Shown in pieces: positions 1-13,800 of a DNA stretch of 58,571 nt; the first letter of the stretch is position 1, and each line of letters starts with the position of its first letter. Origin of the DNA: Kudoa neothunni. Taxonomy: Eukaryota > Animalia > Cnidaria. A model generated the notes under the pieces. That model had not been told where the DNA came from, ran no database searches, and saw only the letters and a list, made by a program, of their open reading frames with translations. The stretch spans positions 11,763,708 through 11,822,278 of the forward strand of contig OZ199839.1 in the NCBI GenBank assembly GCA_964304625.1, written 5' to 3'. A program made the translations under genes and the position numbers.

Positions 1-228
1 GTGTGCCGACAATTTGTTTAATTCCGTATAATATAAATTGTTAAAAAATTTACGACAACCGTTGGTTGCTTGTTGGTTGTCTTGGGTGACGAAATAATAA
101 AAATAAATAAAATGATTCATTTTTAATTTTTGCGTTTGTCTAGATTCTAGAAATAGAGATTATTATGTAAACTTCACATTCAAAATGAATTCTTTTAATT
201 ATGAATGTTTCCATTCATGATAATCGGA

Positions 229-1774
229 AATATACGCCTCACCAAATTTAATCTTTTCCGAATGCTCGACGATCCCGATTTTATTCCAAACTTGTTTTAC
301 ATTATTTTTAAATATTGAGTGAACAGAAAGAACTCAAAAATCATCACCTTAAAAAATGACAACATCTACCCTTCGGGCTAAATCGGAACGCGCGCGCGAT
401 TACGCGCATTTGGAGTTTCCGTTGTTTTCAACTTTATATGATCATTTAAACAACTTTAATACAACTAGTTTCGTTTAAATTAGACAATCATGACCATATT
501 CTAAATTAGCTAATACAATTAAAATTTACCCTGTTGATTATTTTAATTTTTTTGATTTATCGGTGTTTCAGCATCACTAGGTTACTTTCGGCGTTATATT
601 TATTATCAATAATAGATGCTATAATATATTATGTATGAAACCCCTATTCCCGTGCAGCTGTTTCATCAAACCTCAGATTTTAACCGATCGAATAAAACAT
701 TCTGAGCGATATGATGTTTTCTAAATTTCATTAAGCAGATTTGCAGAAAATATTTTTTCAGCGTTAAATTTTATAACTAAGTATTAAAGTTAAGGGAATG
801 TATTGTTAAAAATAACTGTTTATTTGGTATAAATGATTAAGCGTGAATAATTTTGTTGAGCATGGAAAAATTAATTACATCACGAAGTGAAAACTAGTAT
901 TTACAATAATATATATTGACACTTAATTTCAATCGTATAAATGATTCCAAAGTTAACATTGCCACATCGTATTAGATTTATGCAACAACTGTATTATGAA
1001 CCATTTTGATTACGTTTTTTTTAATTTATTCATTTTTTCCGTCTGATAACATAAATTTATTGTTTAACATGTATCAAAATTTATGAATTAAAAATATTAC
1101 AACGCATTCTCTCTTACAATTTTGTTACGTAATAACATCAAAGTGATTTGAGTAATAATGTATTTTGTAAACATAATTATAACATCGATATCTAGAGGTG
1201 TTTTTTAACTCTAACATTAAAAAATGTAATTATTAGATATTTATAATCTAGAAAAAAATAATTTCTAACATAAAATTCCGACAAAAATAACAATAAAAGA
1301 AACATATAATCACATGTTATTGTAATTACATGTTTATTTCGCCAACAACCATTATCAAGATATCAAAAAAATATATAAACTAAAACTAATTTCTTGAAAT
1401 TTCGCAGTAAATTTTTAATTTTAGGAATTGAAATCTAACATACACAAATTGCATTTTCTTATTAAACATTTTATGTATATACAGCATAACAATAATTGGC
1501 TGTTTTACATTGATTAAAAAATAATAAAAAGAAACTAGTCGTATTAAAGTTGTTTAAATGATCATATAAAGTTGAAAACAACGGAAACTCCAAATGCGCG
1601 TAATCGCGCGCGCGTTCCGATTTAGCCCGAAGGGTAGATGTTGTCATTTTTTAAGGTGATGATTTTTGAGTTCTTTCTGTTCACTCAATATTTAAAAATA
1701 ATGTAAAACAAGTTTGGAATAAAATCGGGATCGTCGAGCATTCGGAAAAGATTAAATTTGGTGAGGCGTATATT
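229..1774. repeat. Long near-perfect inverted repeat (arms 229-472 and 1531-1774, ~244 bp) around a ~1.06-kb non-coding AT-rich spacer; foldback or non-autonomous MULE-like element, or inverted duplication
   Basis: The arm aatatacgcctcaccaaattt...caactagtttc is the reverse complement of gaaactagtc...aaatttggtgaggcgtatatt; one mismatch seen by eye. No ORF inside and no clean target-site duplication. Confidence 0.9.
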
Positions 1775-2738
1775 CCCCCACTACCCCATTCAATGATTGT
1801 ATTTTCCATTATACAATAATTTATTAAATAATTTCAAAGTTTTAATGTATTACAAATATGAGGAATATTTTAATAGTTATAGTAATATCACAATTATTGG
1901 CACCATTTCAAAAATAAACCACTAAGAAAATTTTACAAGCTAAAGTTAGTTGGTTTTGACATTTCTAATCAACAAACTTTTAATTTTTAAAAAATTTTTC
2001 TGGGTAAAAGTTAATTTAAATTCAAACAAATTATCCAAATCTATTACTGTTGAGTCAATTACGATTTTCACAAATAAATGCTATAATATGACTAGTTTAG
2101 AGATAATGATGGCCTCAAAGTTGTATATATGTAGAAACTTAGGGAAATAACGCGTAAAAAAGCGCCAAGTTGTGCGTACGCTACGATAATGACCGAAGCT
2201 GCATTTTTATTGATTTTTTTTAACTTGATATATTTAAAGATATTTGTGATCACTCCATATTTAAAAAATGTATAAAGGCGTATATAATAAAATCGGTAGG
2301 TTTGTATAAGCGCAAAGGGCGGATTTTTGGAGGAGGATACTCCCTCATTACCAAAATATATACAAATAAAAAATTATCAAATATTTAGGTCACGGCTGCC
2401 TCCAGCCTCCTATATATAATACACGTAGATGCGCGTAACTGGCACGTGCGGTGCCTCTCCATTGTTTGTTCTGTCCAGGGTATGTAAACTAAATTCTGCA
2501 TACCCTGTGCAGTCACATAACAACACGCAGTAACGAGAGCCGATTTGCGTCTCTCATACATGGAATTCTAGTTATTTTTTGAATGATGAAATATTTAAAT
2601 CTTAATCAGTGTCTCCAAAATGTTATGATAAACTTCGGTAATATTTCAGAGAAAATGCGAGTTACACATAAATTATTCCTATACTCTATTTTGATTATCT
2701 GTTGAAGTGTTTTTTGGTTTTATCACGTTATTTCCAAC

Positions 2739-4165
2739 ATGGATAGTCACTATCTCAAACAGTTTTCAAAACTTCCCTATGCAGAAAAGATAAGAATCTT
2801 AACTAATGGTAGATCAACGGTATGGAGAAAGATTACAAGCGCAAATAATGAAAAAAACTCATTTTTAACGCATATTAACTGCACAAGAGCAGCTAAAGGG
2901 TCCAGGATGAGTGGAAATTCAAATAAAGATATTATTATGCCCAAGACTACCAAAAATACCGACATGATGCTTTATAAAGATTATTTTTACGTCAGAGATT
3001 ACAGAAAAAATGAAATTCAATATTGGAGATGCCAAGTTAGACTGTGTAGAGGAAGATTAAGAATAACAGCTCTTGATGATATGGAAAACATTGAAAAAAC
3101 TGGATTTCACAATCACGTCGTATCGAAGGAGGTCAAAAATAAAAAAATATTCCACAATAAAATAAAATTCTTAGCAGAAACTACTTTACATCCTACAGAC
3201 AAGGTGTATAGTATTGCAACCAGAAAAGAAAACATTAGTGAATTGCCGATTATACCCAAATCTTTTGTATACAAAAACATAAGAAATTTAAGAAAAAGAA
3301 ACAATATTCAAATAAATCCAGCGACAAATCTTTGTAATGAAATTAAGACTCTGAGAGATGAATCCTTTTGTTTTTTAGATTCAGGTTCTGATGACGAAAA
3401 CAGAATAATCATTTTTTCTACAGAGAAAAACCTTTTACATCTGAAAAATTCAGATTTTTGGATTGCGGATGGAACTTTTTACGTTTCGCTCAAGGATTTT
3501 TTTTCAGTTATATGCTATACTCTATTCACAGTAATGTATTCAACAGGGTTTTTCCTCTAGCTTTTGTTTTAATGTCGGAGGAGTCGGAGAAAAATTACAC
3601 GAAGATTATTGAAATAATCAAGGAGAAGGGTAATATGGAGTTACCGACATCAATAATTATTGACTTTGAAGTAGCAGCATATAATGCTTTTAATAAAGCA
3701 TCAAAACATGATGTACAATTTTGTTTGTTTCATTTCGAACAATGTAATTACCGAAAATTTCAATCATTTGGACTTTCCGAGGAATACCAAAATAACCGTG
3801 ATTTTAAAGTTTTCATTAAATGCGTTATGTCACTCGCATTTGTTCCTAAAGATTGTGTTGAAGCTGAATTCAAAAAATTGTGTACTTCTGCTGAAAAATT
3901 TCAGATTCCTAATCTTCAATTATTCTTAATATACTTTCAAAAAAACTTTTTTAGAAGCAAAAAGTATCCCATTGAATCATGGAATGCATACCAAAGAGTG
4001 CTGAACAATGTAAAACTAACATCTAACAACGCAGAAATATTCAATCGCCACTTTTATTCCCACTTTGACCAACCACATTCAGGATTAGTCACACTCATCA
4101 CAAATCTAAAAGAGCAACATAGTTTGATTGAACAGGAAATTATGTATCAGCGACTCCATAAATGG
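2739..4165 (+). mobile_element. Mutator-like (MULE) transposase pseudogene with FLYWCH-type zinc finger
   Basis: YWRC..RLCRGRL...HNH (FLYWCH-like), FWIADGTF (first D), IIIDFEVAAYNA (second D), FCLFHF, TSNNAEIFNRHF (E). Split into ORFs 2739-3560 and 3458-4198 by a frameshift near a T-run at ~3497-3520. The 3' end is cut by a Gypsy fragment. Confidence 0.9.
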
Positions 4166-5028
4166 TTTTTACATATCCTCAATTCTTCCCAATTTTGATT
4201 CTATTGCGGATGCCGAGATGCTGTTGATTTTTAGTAAATCTTTCTTGAAATTTATCAGGAAATTATTTGTTCTCAGGAAATTTATTCCCAAGATGCCGTC
4301 ATATTTGATGCCAGCGACGGGGAATTCCTCGTTGACTCTTCTGTGCGCTATCTTCGTCGGCAATTTAACTTTACCTAATACTTTACATTCGCACCGTCGG
4401 CATTAGTTAGCCGAGTTAATGCGCTCGAGGTTATTTTGTTAGGATCTACATGTAATACCTTTATTACATTAACCCTTGAGCCCGAGTCGATCAACATTAA
4501 ACAATTCTTTCCATCTATTTCTATGTTAGTTGTGGGCATAACGCTAGAAAAAGACACTAATAATTTTTATCGAAACGTTTGTAACAAGTTTGGGCGCCAT
4601 GTCCTTGTTTTTTACATATTTTGCAGATTATAAGAGTTTTCGATCTAATTGATTTTCTAGGATACGGATTTGATTTGGGCGCTTCTTCAGTTACTTTCAG
4701 TACACTTGTTAACAATGAGCGTTTAATCATAGTATTCTCAATGCTCCCACGAATCTGATGACGACCATATTAGTGTAAGTGATAGAATCCATAGTCGGGT
4801 AAGCCAACTTGGAAATTAATAACAACTCATCCATGTGCGAGTCATAGGATTCTTCTGCCAATTGGTTTCGGCGTGGGAACCTTTCCTGTTCTAAGTATGT
4901 GTCCGTAGGTTTATCATCTCTTTGAGATATGAAATTGGCCAGGGCTGTATATTCTGAAGTGGGCGATAATCTATTAGCTTTGATGACGTCATACGCCTTA
5001 TCCTCTATTATCAGTTAAAGATTCGTGG

Positions 5029-7210
5029 GGTTAAACTACGGTTTAGTGGGTAACCTTCGGCATTTTTCTCTAGCGCGTCGGCAAAAACATAAACATAATT
5101 AAAAACGGCAATAATCAACTCTAATGTTGATACATTTGTTTATAGTTTCTATATTCGAAGAAAACCGATTGTTTTTATTTTTTTTTTAAATTGGTAGTCT
5201 GCCAAATAAAAACCTACCGGGTTTTTCATCCAAAACCGGAAAACGTGACGATCAAAACCGGACAATTTTACTAAATTGACCTATAATTCAAAATTCTATA
5301 TTGCATTTCATATAAAAACACGCATTAAATATAATTAATAAAATAGAGAGATATATATGTTCAATGGGATCAATCTCTAGGAACGTCCTCTAAGGTGTGG
5401 CAATAACTGAGAATGGTTTCACTATGTTTAAAATAATTTTTTAAATTATCTTCAGTCACTGATTGGATGGAAGCTGTCATCCTTTCGATTAGGTCGTTAT
5501 TACCTCGAACTGGACCATCCTTACGGGTGTTGTTTTTTATTTGAGAGAATACCTCTTCGCACGGGTTTAAAAATGGAGAATATCGAGGTAGTTATTTAAT
5601 CTCATATGGGTAATCATCATAGAATTCCATGTTAGAATGATGGAATCAGACGTTATCCATAACAATAATGAAATCCCCACTTCCCAACACGTTATTTACT
5701 TCCTTTAGAAATATTTGAAACACCACGATTTATGCCCCCAGTAATGATTTCACGGTGTACTACACTTATGGCTCTCACCGTAAGTATCATAATTACGTTA
5801 GGGCCTCTACTGTTAACTACCACAGGATTAGGAACTGTTCCAATAAGAGAGCGCCCATGTGAGCGTAGCAAATGGAGCGAGAACGGGCTTTCAATAATAT
5901 CAGTTTTTCATACCGCACATTTATTGGAAGACTGGTATACCAATCGGCGTAATTCCTTCTTTCGTACTTTACTTCAAGAGAATTACAGCTTTGAGGTATT
6001 TGCCTCGTCATTTTGAATGTGATACCCATTTTTTTGAGCCATCTCCATATAGACGTTTGGTACACGTCCAAGCTAAGGCGTTCGATCATACGTTGTAAGG
6101 TGATTGTGCAATCGTCGTTAACCAGCCGAGGCAACTTGGTTTTTGTTTCATTTGTAATTTTGGCACGTCGTGGACCATCTCTCACACCTTTTTCGTACGT
6201 TTTATGGAGTTTTTTCCTTTTCACCATATCACTTAGATTTGATTTAGGTATACCTAAATTGCGCGATACTAAACTAAGAGGTTTTCCCTCATCAAGTACA
6301 AGCATAATGGCCCTCTTTCTTAAATCATTCAACACACTCTCTCTTGGCTTTATAACATTTTAATTATACTAACTGCCACGCTTTTATTTGCTTAACAAAT
6401 GCGCCGTCCGGTTTTGGATGAAAAACCCGGTATTAATTCGGATTTCTTATTGGTTATACGGCGAAATTTTCGTGTAATTGTGTCCCAAATTGCTTCAATT
6501 TAATGAGTATGGACGCCATCGCTAGTTTTAAATTGAATGCTGTGGTTCGCAGATTCGTGCTTGTAATCAAGAGATTCAAGTGAATTATAACCAGGCCATT
6601 TATCTGTCCATATTATTATTCTCATCAACCCCGCCAACAATCCAAACGTTCTGGTTGACGAGAACCCTTCCCCTATGATACTATCTTTTACAGATGTTGG
6701 ATTCATCGACCTGCACAATGACATCCACTCCTCCGATTCGAATCCTGTACAAATTGAAATATTCTACATAGATTTTTCGGATTAACTATCGTTTCTTTGG
6801 AACCGATTTTTAGCTGCCCCATTAGCATACAATATGACATTTGAATGTCAAAAACATCCAGATACATTAAAAAAAATATTTGTCATAGGAGAAGATTGGA
6901 ACCTTTGAAAAATGTTCTCTTATGTAGACTTATTCTTCTCTGACATTTATTACAACGGAACCCATAACCATAAACCACAATATCTTTTTTTAGATCCATC
7001 AATAAATTGCATTTTTTGCAAGTTCTCTCTTTTGGTAGAAACCCTAAGTCTTGCATACAAGAAATAAATTTTTCATGATCTTTCATGAGAACATATAAAT
7101 CTTCTAAAAGCATTGCATCAATGTTTAAGAGTGAAAAATCCATTTCTATCGCACACCAGCGAAAATACAAGGAAAATGTTGAAGGTTACCCACTAAACGG
7201 TACTTTAGCC
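5029..7210 (-). mobile_element. Merlin (IS1595/ISXO2-like) DNA transposon, degenerate
   Basis: Imperfect ~38-bp TIRs ggttaaactacggtttagtgggtaaccttc / gaaggttacccactaaacggtactttagcc; 9-bp TSD gattcgtgg (5020-5028) vs gattcgttg (7211-7219). ORF pieces show a zinc ribbon (CKKC...FRCNKC..RISLHKRTFF), QVDES, IWTDKWPGY and NHS..F...DGVHT. Confidence 0.88.
5217..6430 (-). mobile_element. Tc1/IS630-type transposon, full length and decayed, nested in the Merlin
   Basis: Perfect 24-bp TIR ccgggtttttcatccaaaaccgga (5217-5240 and 6407-6430) with TA on both sides. HTH ORF 5817-6335; catalytic remnant VMDNV*FHH...LPRYSPFLNPCEEVFSQIK at ~5540-5665. Confidence 0.92.
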
Positions 7211-7439
7211 GATTCGTTGTTTTGTTGGAGTCAGCAATACCATGAGCTCCCATAAGCAATTCAAACCTCTCTAACCAGTTACGTATAATTCATTCCCTCC
7301 TTAAAATTTTCGAATTTTGGAGAAGCATTCACTAACCATCTTACGCGATAGAAACTCCATGAGACAATACAATAATAATAGTACACTTGATTAATGCTAA
7401 TCTACTGTTAAAATTAAAGGTGCAGTAAATACACCGCCA

Positions 7440-9229
7440 CAGTGTGGCAGCCCCCCTTTTGAGCCACTCAATAGTATACGTATAACATTGAACTTCACCA
7501 AAAATCTTCAATTTATTAATTAAATTCATCAAATTTTAACTTCAAGTTGAATATTCTAGCCACTATGCCTGGTCCGTCTTTAGGTGCTTGACCAGAAAAT
7601 AACTCTTCACTAATTTCGCCCCAAAATAGATTACGTGTGTATGTTAGAAATAGGTTTGGCCCTCCAAAACATCGAACGTAGGTCATGTCACCTTGCAACT
7701 TCACGTTCATATAGCATGGTGAACCTTCAAAAGTCGACGGTTAAGTATACATAAAAGCGTCCCCGCCCATTTATTTCACCGTCGCTACGAATGCTATCAA
7801 TTTAATTGATGTAAAAATCAACACGAAGTACATCTTGTTGGGGTCTGATGAAACAGCCTCTGATTCCATCTTCGCAAACACATCTACAGCATATTTTTGG
7901 AATAATGTCCCAAAACGATGTAGAATGTTAAAACTATTTTCCTTTATCATAAAATGAAAAGAATAAAAATCCTTACATGAAACACTTTTGTTCATGCCAA
8001 TCTATGAAATACTAAAATGGTAACCATCTTGACCATAGACATTAATTAATGGATATTGTAATACATCATACGATCTGTGTTTTGCTTATTCTTTGAAGTC
8101 TATTGGCCATACTACTCACAACAATATCCCTCCTACAATACTGCTCGTCCGACATTACAATGGCCACTTCACTGCATGTTGAGACTTTGTATCTTCTCTC
8201 ATGTTCTCTCTGTGGACGGTTGTTAGCGTTTATAATTATATTAAAATCAGAAGATGGGTGTATTTCCAAAGCGTACTTAAAACTGTGGATGTGGCTATTG
8301 TGCCTGTGTATCGTATCTTGAAGCGATAAGATAATATCATGCCTAAGCTGGGGATACATGTTAGATCAATTGTGAGCTTGAAAATGCATCTCTTCTATGA
8401 AATATATTTACAGGAATTTTGGTTGCACATTTTTAGAAAACAATAACGATCCAATTCGACGACAAATTTGACCGTGAATCTTAAAAGTAGGCATGAATCA
8501 GTCCCTATTAATTACGTTCGCTACAAAAGATGTCATCTGGAAAGCGCAGTTGTATCTTCAGATATTTTGTAGGAAATGTTTTGAAATTTCGGATTCCCTG
8601 GTGAGGAGTCTTTGTAGAAAATGAGGAGGATCACGTATTGTGTCCAAAATAACCTTACCGCCGGAATAACACAAACCCACGAATTCGTCTACCTACTTCT
8701 TAGCACGACATTTTCTGCAAATTTTGGACATTTTCCAAATCGTAATCTTTCCATTTTCATAGTTGTACCAGGGGTCGTAATGCAAAACGACCATATTCCA
8801 AGTATCATCAGACATACTTCGTGCTTGTTGACTTAATAGAACAGGAGTGCAGTAAGGTTCAGGTATAAATTCACTACTTGATCATGTGTTGTACTCACGT
8901 ATAGGTGACACTGCAGGACTCTGTTGAGTTGCCTTACGCACACGTCGATTTCTATTGCTTACTTTATTTGCTTCTTGTGTTCGTTCTCTTCGCTCGTCGG
9001 TTTCTTGTGAAAAGCGTAGACGTCGACAATTCTGTCGTGAGTGTTGGCGTGTCTCCTGAGAAGAAGAAGTAGAAGCAGTTGGATTTCGATTTGAAATATG
9101 CATTGATTGCGATTCTAAATCACATTCCCGCCATAATGTTGTTTCCACAGCCCTTCTCTCTTCTATTCGTTTATTTCGTCGTAGTGTTGAACGATTCGAT
9201 GAATTGTGCATATTATATTGTTTATCCAT
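7440..9229 (-). mobile_element. Helitron Rep/Hel N-terminal and Rep fragment, degenerate and 3'-truncated
   Basis: Fragments ILHRFGTLFQKYAVDVFAKMESE, MTYVRCFGGPNLFLTYT..W.EI, IVARIFNLKLK and KIFGEVQCYTYTIEWLKRG match Helitron Rep motifs (PDLFITFTCNP; EWQKRGLPH). The N-terminus is R/E-rich. Confidence 0.88.
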
Positions 9230-10651
9230 GTGAACAATTTATTCGAAAGCGCGGTTGAGTGTGGGATGTGTTGGTGCGTATAATAAAAAATAAGATTAAC
9301 TCTGTAATCAATTAGGTATGCGATCGAATGATATAGTTTACTTGCCAACAGCTAATTCACAAACAAATGTTTTGAGGGAGAAAAGAAGAAATTTCAAATG
9401 CATAACATAAGAGAAACTAATCTTAATCATCTATACTAATGTGATCGGATGCGGATGGTTTTAGACGAAATAATTGTCATGATCGATTATTTAGTTATTT
9501 ATTTATCTAATGCGTAAGAAGTAGGCGGAATTTAAAAATTGTTCAGTTGGTGTTTCTCTCTGCAGCGAATTATAGTTAAAAAACAAACAAATAACTACAT
9601 CATGTGTACTTAAGAGCACAAGCATACCGACAGTCCTCCTCTATATACAGTCGAACCCCGTTTATCCGAAAATATTGGTGCCTGACTTTTCCTTTCGGAT
9701 AATGAAATTTCAGTTAAACCAAATTCTATATAATGCGTATATGTCGCGGGGAAAATTGTAGGTTGTTTACATACATTATTTTTCATTATTCAATGTTTGT
9801 TTTATATTTTTAACGAAGAATCTACTATATATAAGTTATACTGGTGAATACAATGTAAAAACAATAGTTTAAGGCACAGTAGTTCTAGATCTAACCTAGT
9901 CGGCGCACGTATAATACTGATATGTACGACAAAACTCCGCTGCGCCAAATTAGAATGATACATTCTAGATTCTAAAAAATGAATTATTATTAATTTGTTT
10001 ATAATTTCTTCCTTATTTGTATATTGTGAGTTGTACTAATACTTATGGTAAGAATAATAGAGTAACAATGAGGAGTATTTTCCCAGAATTCTCCATAACG
10101 ATGCTTAGAATTTCCTCATTAATTAATATATGTCATATTCCAATAATTTAATATTGATTAATGATTGTTAAGACTCATTAAAACTTAAGTGGAGGTGTTA
10201 TGGGAAAAAACTGATGTGTGAACATTGTTGAATTGAGTCATTTCCGTGGATAAATTGGTCTTATGAAGTCACTGCTAGTTCGTGATTAAGTAATCCAATG
10301 AATTCCATTTCTGTGTTTTGTTTCTCATGAAAGATATATGGGAGTTTGTGTTTACCCAACATTTATCCCTTCATCATGAACATAGTTGCATTTTGAACAC
10401 AAAATATGATATTACCTACGTTACGCTATTTCTGTTAATCAAACAAACTAAATTTGAATAAATAACGAAATATATTATGTGGGAACATTCGAAATAATAG
10501 AATTTAAGGATGTCCTTTATTCAATAAAACGATCTAATTGAAAAAGGACGTGATTCGTTTGATGTTGCTAAAAGCTTTAATAATGCACTAATATTAACTC
10601 GATTATATGATAGCTCCGTGGCGATTTTATCATCTACTCATTCTTGTAGTG

Positions 10652-10830
10652 TGTTAAATTGAATGCTGCCACAGAAACACCTTTTACTTAACTAACAACC
10701 ACACTACTACGATAATAATATAAAGTTAATTAGATATGTAAGCTGCGCCAGTGGGTGACATATTGAAGATTCATTCTCCTAATAGTATACTACGAAAGTG
10801 GAACGACAGCATGTCCTAGATAATCCAACA
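10652..10830 (-). repeat. copia 3' LTR (179 bp), with adjacent polypurine tract cgaagggagg at 10831-10840 (minus strand)
   Basis: tgttaaattg...ctagataatccaaca, a direct repeat of 14684-14867. Confidence 0.93.
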
Positions 10831-13800
10831 CCTCCCTTCGCTTCAATGTCGGGGAATAATATCTGATTGAATTTATCGTCTTTACATTTGGTTAAGCAAT
10901 CGGCCAAAATATCATCAATAGGAATGTATTTAATGTTACATTGTTCGTGTAGCAAATGTAGTCTAAGATCTATATGTTTGCACCGTTAACCGCTTCGTCC
11001 TTCGGTCAAAGATATAGCAAACATGTTGCTACAAAATAATTTTATAGGTAGCGGAATTTTGATCTTTAAATCTTCACACAGGTTTCTAAGGAAAAGAGCC
11101 TCCTTAGTGCTATATATTCGGATTCACAAGTAGACAAGTAGACAATGAGATGCATCGTTGTGTTCTTGATTTCCAACTAATGGGACTTGAATCAGCACAG
11201 AGTCTAAAAACGTAACCGCTTATGGAATTTCTATCTGTTTCATCGTTAGTACAATCAGAGTCGGAGAATCTATATAGATTAGGTATAGAAGATTTGTAAA
11301 TAAGTTGATAATCTTGGGTAGTTATGAGATAACGCAGTATCGTTTTTATACATTCAATGTGTAACTTTTAGGACTACTTACTTTCTGAGCTAACATGGAA
11401 GTAATATAGCATATATGGGGTCAAGAGATGACGGAGATGTACATTAAATTTCCAATCGTCAAACATATCAGTAGACTTCAAATTATTAATAAAATTACTT
11501 CCATTCAATTGCCTTAGGGGTTTACAATCAGACATAGTAAATCTTTTATGGATGAGGTTGATAAGGTTGGATTGGTTCATAGACCATGAACCATCATTGT
11601 GTTTTTTGGAATCAATACCGAGGAATTTTTTTTTGATAACATCTTTGTCTTGAAGTTTGAATTTGGAGCCTAGGTAGGTTTTGATTGCTTGGATTAGATC
11701 GAGGCATTTTGAGAGGGTAATGATGTCATCAACCCATACAATTAACGTCGTCATTTCTCCCTATTTAGTTGAAGAGTATACAAGTGCACATCTGTCAGTT
11801 TTTGATTGTATAAATCCAAACTCAGTTAGCTATAAGGAAATCGTACAATACCATCGTCTATCACTCTGTTTTAATCCATATAGGAGCTTATTTAGATATT
11901 CTCCATTCTTTCCATGAGTGGTATATCCCTCAGGTTGTTTGACGTATATTACGGCATCAATAGGAGCGTTAAGATATGCGGTACTAAAATCAAGTTGATG
12001 AATAAACTTTTTCTCAATAGATGCCTCTTGGATGAGTAATCAAAGTGTTGTCGTTGGAGAATACGTTTCGTTGTAGTCTATTCCTTGTATTTGGGAGTAG
12101 CCGCAAGCTACGTACCTCGCTTTATATTTTGGAGTACCATCGTCGTTCTTTTTAATGGTATACACCCATTTACCTTTAACTTCATTCTCCTCCTTTGGTA
12201 GAGCAGTCAGATTGAACACGTTGTTAAGTTTCAAAGATTCAATTTCGGAATCCATTGCCGAAATCCAATTCTGTTTGTTAGGGGAGTTGATCGCTTAATT
12301 GTAGGACTGAGGAACATTGGTACCTTCAATGGCACAGACAAAGTCAATAAGTTATTGCGGCCGTTTCTTTTTACGATTTGACCTTCTGAGATTATTAGTT
12401 GAAATATTATCACTCAACTCGTCTATCATCACGTCGTTTGGTTCGTTTTATCCAGGTTTCGGTGTATCTTCTTCGGAATTCATCAAATCAGGACAACTGT
12501 CGCCGTCGTCATCATCGTCAGTGAAGCACGTATAATTAGTAGCATAGTTTTCATACTGTATACTTTGTTGTGGATCATTTTGTTTTGTGAGCATGACATT
12601 CCCTGAAATTAACGCTCTACCCTTAGCATAAACAAGATAATCGCCAGACTTTTCATCAATTCCCAGAAATTGTCCGAGCTCAGCTCTGGACTCAAGCTTT
12701 AACAAGTGTCCTTTCTTCCGAATCTAACAGTCCGAACCAAATTTCTCACATTTGACAGTATTCGGTTTAGGTTTCGTGAATAGTTCATATGGGGTTTTAG
12801 TTTTATCTTTCTTTGGTACTCGGCTTCTAATATAAGTGGCGTACTGTACTGCAGCTTCCCAATACTCATTTATCACCGCACTGTCTTGGAGCAAACATCG
12901 AGCTATTTCCAACAATGTTCTCCAATTTCGCTCCGCTTTTCTATTTTGGTGCGGGGAATATGGGCATGTAAATGATTACTTTATTAGACAAGCATTTATC
13001 AGTGAATTGTTTAGTTTTAATTCTCCTCCATTATCGCAATAGAATTCTATCAGTTTTCCAAATACAGACGTATTGGCCAAATATTGTAACAAACTTTGAT
13101 ATGCCTCATGCCTCACCTTTGGATATTAATAAGTATGAGACCTTAAAGCTCGAATATTCGACTACAAAATTCATAATGTACACGATCCCTTTGTATCTTG
13201 AAGGGTTTATTGGACCACATAAATCAATATGTACCATACTTAGAGGTTCCTTTATATCACGTAAGTTGTTTGGGGATTTTACAGGCTTGTGAGTTGATTC
13301 CTGCTGAATGCAAGTTCTGCAACTTTTGGGTGTGGCGTTCGATATTTGCATCTCTTCCACTCAACTAACCACTAACCATCCGTTGCAGATCTTTGAAATT
13401 TGTGTGGCCAAGTGTCATGCCACTCATCAAGCGATTTGGCTTTATATGCTTTATAAAAATTTGGCGATAAGCAATACAGACGGTCTATAAGAATAATGTC
13501 GAATTCTCTACCACCATTGGTAACAAATTTTTCGCTATTTTTATCAAATTGGAAACGAGCATCATGCTTTGTTGCCGCATTAACAGATAGCATAATATTT
13601 TCAATTGATGGTGCGAGAAGAGCATTTTCTAACTTGATATCGATCAAGTTGTGATCATCATCTCTGATTGTTAGATGAGCTGTCCCTTTACTAATGACAA
13701 AATCGTTGAGTTTCTTTCCATCCACCAATTCGATGTAGTGATCAGAAGGATTGTATTTATTATCCATTTCTATGAATAGCTTCGGGTCATTTACAATGTG

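Larger units (their letters stand above)
4169..7335 (-). mobile_element. Ty3/Gypsy gag + aspartic protease remnant, split by a Merlin insertion (5029-7210)
   Basis: Protease motifs LIDSGSRVNVI and YDGILGINFL (4169-4557). The gag N-terminus PKFENFKEG..IRNWLERFELLMGAHGI at ~7215-7330 continues across the Merlin target site into LIIEDKAYDVIK at ~5010. Confidence 0.8.

Noticed and set aside
1950-2150. Short AT-rich ORFs such as 1950-2150, 20701-20883, 31790-32002, 36986-37222 and 42276-42530
   Set aside because: No motifs, no splice-phase support, and composition expected from random AT-rich DNA.
5217-7210. IS630 and IS1595-like transposases as bacterial contamination or Fanzor/TnpB carriers
   Set aside because: They are nested in a Gypsy element amid spliceosomal genes and fit eukaryotic Tc1-like and Merlin families. 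No RuvC/TnpB-like ORF was seen.
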